This document shows, piece by piece, positions 22,537-27,454 of a DNA stretch of 27,454 nucleotides (positions are counted from its first letter, which is position 1; the number at the start of each line of letters is the position of its first letter). The notes below the pieces were generated by a model, which was not told the DNA's origin, did no database searches, and saw nothing but the letters and a program-made list of their open reading frames with translations. This stretch comes from a virus (taxonomy: Duplodnaviria > Caudoviricetes). A program made the translations under genes and the position numbers. The stretch is taken from positions 1-27,454 of IMG/VR virus record IMGVR_UViG_3300017780_002021; one strand, given 5' to 3'.

Positions 22537-24053
22537 TGGAACAGCCAGTCGTTATCCGCAGTCAGCCCGGCATCAAGCGCGACGGCTCCCGCTTTGACGG
22601 CGGGTTCTACACTGACGGCGAGTGGGTTCGTTTTCAGCGCGGCCTGCCTCGGAAGATTGGCGGCTATCGGAACATCAATCCATACATTAATGGCATCGTG
22701 CGCCAGTTTCACACACAAGCGCAGGGCGGCCTTGTATACACGCACGCCGGTCACAATGTCGGCATTGACGCTTTCACTATAGACAACACGGGAAACACCT
22801 CAGCCCCCATCGCTCGAACTCCGGCGGGGTTCGTTGTTGACGCGAATTACAACTGGCAGATTGACGCCATGCGCGACTCTGCCGGCACGGGCAATATGCT
22901 TCTGTTTGCGCATCCAAGCCGGACTCTGGCTGACATTTCCGACGCAACAGACTTCCCGGTTTACTACGGCAATATCTACACGACTGCCGCGCTGACCAGC
23001 GTTGGGCAATCCGTTTCCGGCGGCTGCGTCGTTCTGCATCCATATCTGTTCATCTACGGGAACAATGGCATCGTCAAGTGGAGCGATGTAGGCAACCCGA
23101 CCGACTTTGCCACGGGCGACGCAGGCAACGCGACTATTGACAGCGCCAAGATCGTCAAAGGCCTTCCTCTGCGCGGCGGCGGCCAAGCCCCTGCCGGCCT
23201 GTTCTGGACGCTGAACAGTCTCGTGCGCTGCTCCTACGTCGGCAATCCCGGCATCTTCGCATTCGACACTATCACGTCACAGACCTCGATCCTGTCCTCG
23301 AACAGCGTCATCGAATACGACGGCGTGTTCTATTGGTGCGGACTCGACCGTTTCATTCTATACAACGGCACAGTCCGCGATGTTCCGAATGAACTGAATG
23401 TTAATTTCTTCTTTGACAATCTGAACTATGCGGTCGCCAATAAGGTGTTCGCGTTCAAGGTTCCGCGCTTCGGTGAAATCTGGTGGTGTTTCCCTAAGGG
23501 GTCAGCAACCGAGTGCAACCATGCGGTCATCTATAACGTCCGCGAAAATACCTGGTATGACACGCCGCTGCCTGAAGGTGGCCGCAGCGCCGGCCTCTAT
23601 GCGCAGGTGTTCCGCTCACCATTGCTTGCTGGCGTGCAGGCCGTGTCGTCGAAATACAAGGTGTGGCGTCACGAGGTCGGCGTCGATGCCATTGACGGCG
23701 CATCAATGTCTGCGATCCGCAGCTACTTTGAGACGGGCGACCTGACGCTTCTGACCTCAGAGCCGCCGACCAACGCTGCCATGCGTATCACCGCTGTCGA
23801 GCCAGACTTCGTGCAGACCGGAAACATGACCGTGCAGGTTTCTGGATATATCAATACGAAATCGCAAGACGTTATCTCCGCGCCGCAGACCTTCCCCGCT
23901 GTGGCAATGACACCGGCAGAGCAGGTCGTTAAGATGAAAGAGGTGCGTCGCCACCTGCGGCTGCGCTTCGAGAGCAACGATGTCGGCGGCGATTATCAGA
24001 TGGGCAAGACGATTGCGCACATTGGCCCGGCAGATTCGCGGGTTCAGTCGTGA
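22536..24053 (+). CDS. probable tail nozzle / tubular protein B-like, 505 aa
   Basis: ATG in TAATG overlap at 22536; 'PGIKRDG', 'VRF..G.P.KIGG', 'WSD', 'FGEIWWCFP', 'YN..EN.W' beta-propeller-like pattern. Confidence 0.7.
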   Translation: MEQPVVIRSQPGIKRDGSRFDGGFYTDGEWVRFQRGLPRKIGGYRNINPYINGIVRQFHTQAQGGLVYTHAGHNVGIDAFTIDNTGNTSAPIARTPAGFVVDANYNWQIDAMRDSAGTGNMLLFAHPSRTLADISDATDFPVYYGNIYTTAALTSVGQSVSGGCVVLHPYLFIYGNNGIVKWSDVGNPTDFATGDAGNATIDSAKIVKGLPLRGGGQAPAGLFWTLNSLVRCSYVGNPGIFAFDTITSQTSILSSNSVIEYDGVFYWCGLDRFILYNGTVRDVPNELNVNFFFDNLNYAVANKVFAFKVPRFGEIWWCFPKGSATECNHAVIYNVRENTWYDTPLPEGGRSAGLYAQVFRSPLLAGVQAVSSKYKVWRHEVGVDAIDGASMSAIRSYFETGDLTLLTSEPPTNAAMRITAVEPDFVQTGNMTVQVSGYINTKSQDVISAPQTFPAVAMTPAEQVVKMKEVRRHLRLRFESNDVGGDYQMGKTIAHIGPADSRVQS

Positions 24054-24289
24054 GCATCAACCCATACTACATGCCCTCATTCGTTTCATGGGCTTCGTTC
24101 AGCACTCCATCGCTCGAAGCCTATGGGCAGATTCCGATTCCAGATTCAGATGGTGATTGGAAATCTTGGGCTTCTAGTGTAGTATCACTTGACAACATCG
24201 CATCGCTTGGAGCGCCACTGCCATTTCAGTTTTCCGATTGGCGCGATTGGGCGGCGAGATTGATTGAGGTTCTGAACGATGGCTTCTAG
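24050..24289 (+). CDS. hypothetical Trp-rich protein, 79 aa
   Basis: GTGA overlap; W..WA repeats. Confidence 0.7.
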   Translation: MSINPYYMPSFVSWASFSTPSLEAYGQIPIPDSDGDWKSWASSVVSLDNIASLGAPLPFQFSDWRDWAARLIEVLNDGF

Positions 24290-26093
24290 TCCGCCTACCC
24301 TGACGCCGCAGCAGGTTGCTGACTTGCAGTCCGCCGCCGCGCTTATGCGGCAGAGAGTGCAGACCGGAATTAATGTGCCTGGCGGTCTTATGATTGGCCA
24401 ACCCGGTCAGTTGAGCGCGGCTGGCTCTGGCATTTCAGGCTCTCTATACGATTATGCGCAGGACGCCCCTATTCTTTCCTTGGAAGGAAACAAGGAATAT
24501 GAGTCGCTCGATTTTCAGCCGTTGCCTGGCACCAACTACAGGCTGACGGTTGGCGGCAAAGTGATCGGCTCCGCATCGACTCCGCAGGAAGTCGCGGCTC
24601 TGGTTGCCCAAGCCAACGAAATCTCAAAGGGCGGTGGCGCTAGTGTTGATGTCCGTCTCCAGCAGGAAGTCCGGACGGCCACCCCGGACGGAGGCCCGGC
24701 AACAGGGTTTACAGATGTATATGCGAACCGAGAAAACAACACGGGCCAGTTGGGCACTCTTCTGCCCATGGCTCTCGCTGCAATCTCTGGCGGAACGCTT
24801 GCACCATTTCTCGGCGGCGGCGCTATAGGAACCGGACTCGGTGCCGGGATTGGCTCTGTGGCGGGCAGTCTTGGAACCGGAAGCAACCTTGAGAACGCTC
24901 TGATTAAAGGTGCCATAACCGGCGTTACCGCTGGCGCGCTGAGCGGACTCGGTGCGGCAGCGCCTGCGGGTTCTGGTGGTGGCGGCACGACGCTTTCTTT
25001 TGCGGGTGCGCCGTTTGCTGTCCCGTCTACCGCTATCCATAGCTTCGCCGCCCCTTCCCTTTCGGGCTTGGGTTCCGCCCTGTCCTCCACAGCGCCGTTC
25101 GCTCTCCTGCCCGGTGAAACCCTGATTAACGTCGCGGCACCCAAGATTGCGTCCGGCCTCGCGTCCGGTCTTGCCGGTCTGGGTGGCTCGGCGGTGAGTG
25201 GCGTCTTCGACCAGTTCCTTAGCGACAACGCGGGAATGATTGGCGACTCCGCCCCCGAAGCAGCGCCCGACGAGGAACCATTCGCTCTCCAACCCGGAGA
25301 GACCATGATTAACGTAGTCACTCCCAAGGCTGCGTCCGGTCTCGCATCTGGCCTCGGACTCGCTGCAATCCCTGCCATCGGTGCCGCTGCCGCCGCTCTC
25401 GGCACTGGCCCGTCAATCACGCCGGCCATGCAGGACGCCGCGATGAACGCTGGCGTGGAGTCTCCGCGCATCGACACGCAATTCCCGAACAGTCCTGAAA
25501 CCGCCGGCCTTGGAACCACGGCAACGGGCGGCGCGGGCATGGGCGTCGCTGACTATCTGCAAGCCGGTCTCGGCGGCCTGTCTACCATTCAAGGGCTTGC
25601 CGGCCTGCTCGGCGGTAGTGGCGGCAATACCGGCATTGGTGACGGCCTCAACCCCAATCGCGGCCTCGTGTCCTATCAGCCGCTCAACCGCCAGCAGATC
25701 ACGCCGACATTCGACCCGTTCACCTACGGGCAGACCGGCGGCGAGTTCCGGTTCTTTAGTGATGCGACCCCGCAGTTTCAGACTGGCATTGGGGCAGAAC
25801 GAGCGAGCATCCTTCCAGAGCCGCAGTCGCCAACACCTCGTTTCAAGGACGGCGGCCACGCACGCGGCATCGGCGGCGGGCAGGACGACCTGATTGATGC
25901 GCGACTGTCAGACGGTGAATACGTCATTGACGCGCAGACCGTCTCTGATCTTGGCGACGGCAGCAACAATGAAGGCGCTCGCCGGCTCAACGAAATGCGC
26001 GAACTGATTCGCAAGCGCGCTGGACGGAAGCGTGTTAAGACTATCGCGCCGCCACAAAAAAGTGTAAAATCACTTCTGGGAGCCGTCAAGTAA
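24279..26093 (+). CDS. probable internal virion (ejection) protein, 604 aa
   Basis: Glycine-zipper hydrophobic segments, internal repeat, C-terminal 'FKDGG..G.GGGQDD.I.ARLSDGEYVIDA.TVS.LG.GS...GA..L' domain. Confidence 0.7.
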   Translation: MASSPPTLTPQQVADLQSAAALMRQRVQTGINVPGGLMIGQPGQLSAAGSGISGSLYDYAQDAPILSLEGNKEYESLDFQPLPGTNYRLTVGGKVIGSASTPQEVAALVAQANEISKGGGASVDVRLQQEVRTATPDGGPATGFTDVYANRENNTGQLGTLLPMALAAISGGTLAPFLGGGAIGTGLGAGIGSVAGSLGTGSNLENALIKGAITGVTAGALSGLGAAAPAGSGGGGTTLSFAGAPFAVPSTAIHSFAAPSLSGLGSALSSTAPFALLPGETLINVAAPKIASGLASGLAGLGGSAVSGVFDQFLSDNAGMIGDSAPEAAPDEEPFALQPGETMINVVTPKAASGLASGLGLAAIPAIGAAAAALGTGPSITPAMQDAAMNAGVESPRIDTQFPNSPETAGLGTTATGGAGMGVADYLQAGLGGLSTIQGLAGLLGGSGGNTGIGDGLNPNRGLVSYQPLNRQQITPTFDPFTYGQTGGEFRFFSDATPQFQTGIGAERASILPEPQSPTPRFKDGGHARGIGGGQDDLIDARLSDGEYVIDAQTVSDLGDGSNNEGARRLNEMRELIRKRAGRKRVKTIAPPQKSVKSLLGAVK

Positions 26094-27031
26094 TGTCCAC
26101 CATCACCACGACCAGCCAGCAGGCCCTGCCCGAATGGTATAACCAGTTCGCCCAGAACGTCCTTGGTCGCGCCTATTCGACCACGGCGGAACCGTATCAG
26201 CAATACCAAGCGCCGCGCATTGCTCCGTTCACCGGAGACCAGCAGCAGGCGTTCGGCATGGCTCGGCAGAACGTCGGCTCATTCCAGCCGTTCTTCCAGC
26301 AGGGCGCGCAGACGCTGAACCGTGCGGCTGAAGGCTCCGCCAGTCAGATGGCCCAGCCGTTCTTCCAGCAGGGCACGCAGACGTTTCCGCAGGCCGCGCA
26401 GTCCTACATGAACCCGTATACCGATGCGGTGGTCAATAACGTCGGCACGCTGGCCGCGCGCAACCTGCGTGAAAATCTACTGCCGCAGGTCAACCAGACC
26501 TTCGTTGGTGGCGGCACGTTCGGCGGCGACCGCAATGCAGAGTTCACCGCCCGCGCGCTGCGTGACACGAATGAATCTGCCATGCGTCAGCAGGCCGAGT
26601 TGCTCAATCAGGGCTATAACCAGGCTGCGAACATCTTCCAGAATGACGCGAGCCGCGCGCTCTCCGCTGGGCAGGCTGTTGGCCAGCTTGGCGCGTCCGA
26701 CCTCTATCGCCAAATGCAGGTGGGCCAGATGCAGGCCGGTCTTGGTCGTGATCTTCAGGCTGCACAGCAGGCCGACGTTGCTTCACTGTCTGGCATCGGC
26801 GGTCAACAGCAGGGCATGATGCAGCGGTCTGCCGACCTTGCCTATCAAGACTTCCAGCAGCAGCGTGACTTTCCGTTCCAGCAGACCGAGCGCCTTGCTG
26901 GCATCGGGAACACGCTTAAGGTTCCGATTTCCACGGCGCAGAGTCAGCCCGGCCCGAACACCACGGCGTCGAACATCGGCGCTGTTGCTGCCGGCATCGG
27001 GACGCTGGCCGACCTGTTTCGGAGGAATTAA
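26093..27031 (+). CDS. probable DNA ejection/pilot protein, Gln-rich, 312 aa
   Basis: 'YMNPY...V', 'G.FGG.R', Q/A/G-rich helices, hydrophobic C-terminus; TAATG overlap. Confidence 0.72.
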   Translation: MSTITTTSQQALPEWYNQFAQNVLGRAYSTTAEPYQQYQAPRIAPFTGDQQQAFGMARQNVGSFQPFFQQGAQTLNRAAEGSASQMAQPFFQQGTQTFPQAAQSYMNPYTDAVVNNVGTLAARNLRENLLPQVNQTFVGGGTFGGDRNAEFTARALRDTNESAMRQQAELLNQGYNQAANIFQNDASRALSAGQAVGQLGASDLYRQMQVGQMQAGLGRDLQAAQQADVASLSGIGGQQQGMMQRSADLAYQDFQQQRDFPFQQTERLAGIGNTLKVPISTAQSQPGPNTTASNIGAVAAGIGTLADLFRRN

Positions 27032-27033
27032 TC

Positions 27034-27454
27034 ATGGCTTCCGTTAGCCCATATCAAACGATGTTGAACCAGCGTTACGGCTCAGTTCCCGCCATGGGAA
27101 CCGGCGCACCTGAAGATGCCATGGCTAAGGCGCGTCGCATGTTGATGGAGCGCATCGCCGCTGCCGATACCGGCACTGATCCTCGCATGGCTGAAATCAT
27201 GGGCCGCCGTGAGCAGCGCATTGCCGATCAGGAAAGCGAACTCGCGCGATTCGAGAAGCCGTCCATCGGTCAGACCTTGCAGCGGCTCGGAGCGTCTCTG
27301 ATGTCGAACCAGTCTCCGTTTCTCGGTGTCGCGGTCGGCAATGCGCTGACGCAGAACCTTGCCGAACAGCAGGCCCGCCGCACTGAGGCCGTCCGTCGTC
27401 GCATGTCTCTCGGTGAACAGCGCGACGCTCTGGATATGGAGCGGATTAATGCTC
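27034..27454 (+). CDS. probable internal virion protein, 5' part only (MASVSPYQTMLNQRYGSVPAMG...)
   Basis: GGAGG RBS, ATG 27034, open to window end. Confidence 0.75.
   Translation, partial: MASVSPYQTMLNQRYGSVPAMGTGAPEDAMAKARRMLMERIAAADTGTDPRMAEIMGRREQRIADQESELARFEKPSIGQTLQRLGASLMSNQSPFLGVAVGNALTQNLAEQQARRTEAVRRRMSLGEQRDALDMERINA

Noticed and set aside
20866-25540. Long minus-strand ORFs opposite the fibre and ejection genes (20866..21789, 24536..25540)
   Set aside because: Expected antisense frames of Gly/Ala/Thr-rich GC-rich genes; Pro/Ala-rich nonsense composition
1-27454. Stop-codon reassignment, introns/inteins, integrase or diversity-generating retroelement
   Set aside because: Genes tile the window under the standard code using all three stops; terL, portal and MCP are uninterrupted; no recombinase or reverse transcriptase motifs seen

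Overview
The window is a contiguous piece of a tailed dsDNA phage (or prophage) with podovirus-like architecture. The host is probably an alphaproteobacterium (inferred from high GC and CcrM-type GANTC signals). The first ~850 bp are a leftward chain of tiny, translationally coupled genes, probably early genes. A divergent intergenic region follows (847-1202), then a rightward morphogenesis region: small and large terminase, an HslV/proteasome-like Ntn protease, portal, several small basic proteins, a GroES-like co-chaperonin, scaffold, capsid decoration and major capsid proteins, and head-tail adaptors. An inserted block carries an esterase/LamG spike, a metallophosphoesterase, a DUF3310-like protein and a lysis cassette (Tlde1/DUF2778-like enzyme, holin, overlapped spanins). 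Tail fibre, nozzle-like and internal virion (ejection) proteins follow, the last one running off the right edge. The most notable signals are TonB-box-like motifs in putative internal virion proteins, tandem covarying hairpins in the capsid-operon leader, strong GANTC enrichment plus repeated gene-junction linkers in the early region, a shared aromatic-x-x-GG peptide tag, and a protease gene lacking a canonical start at its Thr1. All family assignments come from motif recognition and gene order, not from database searches.
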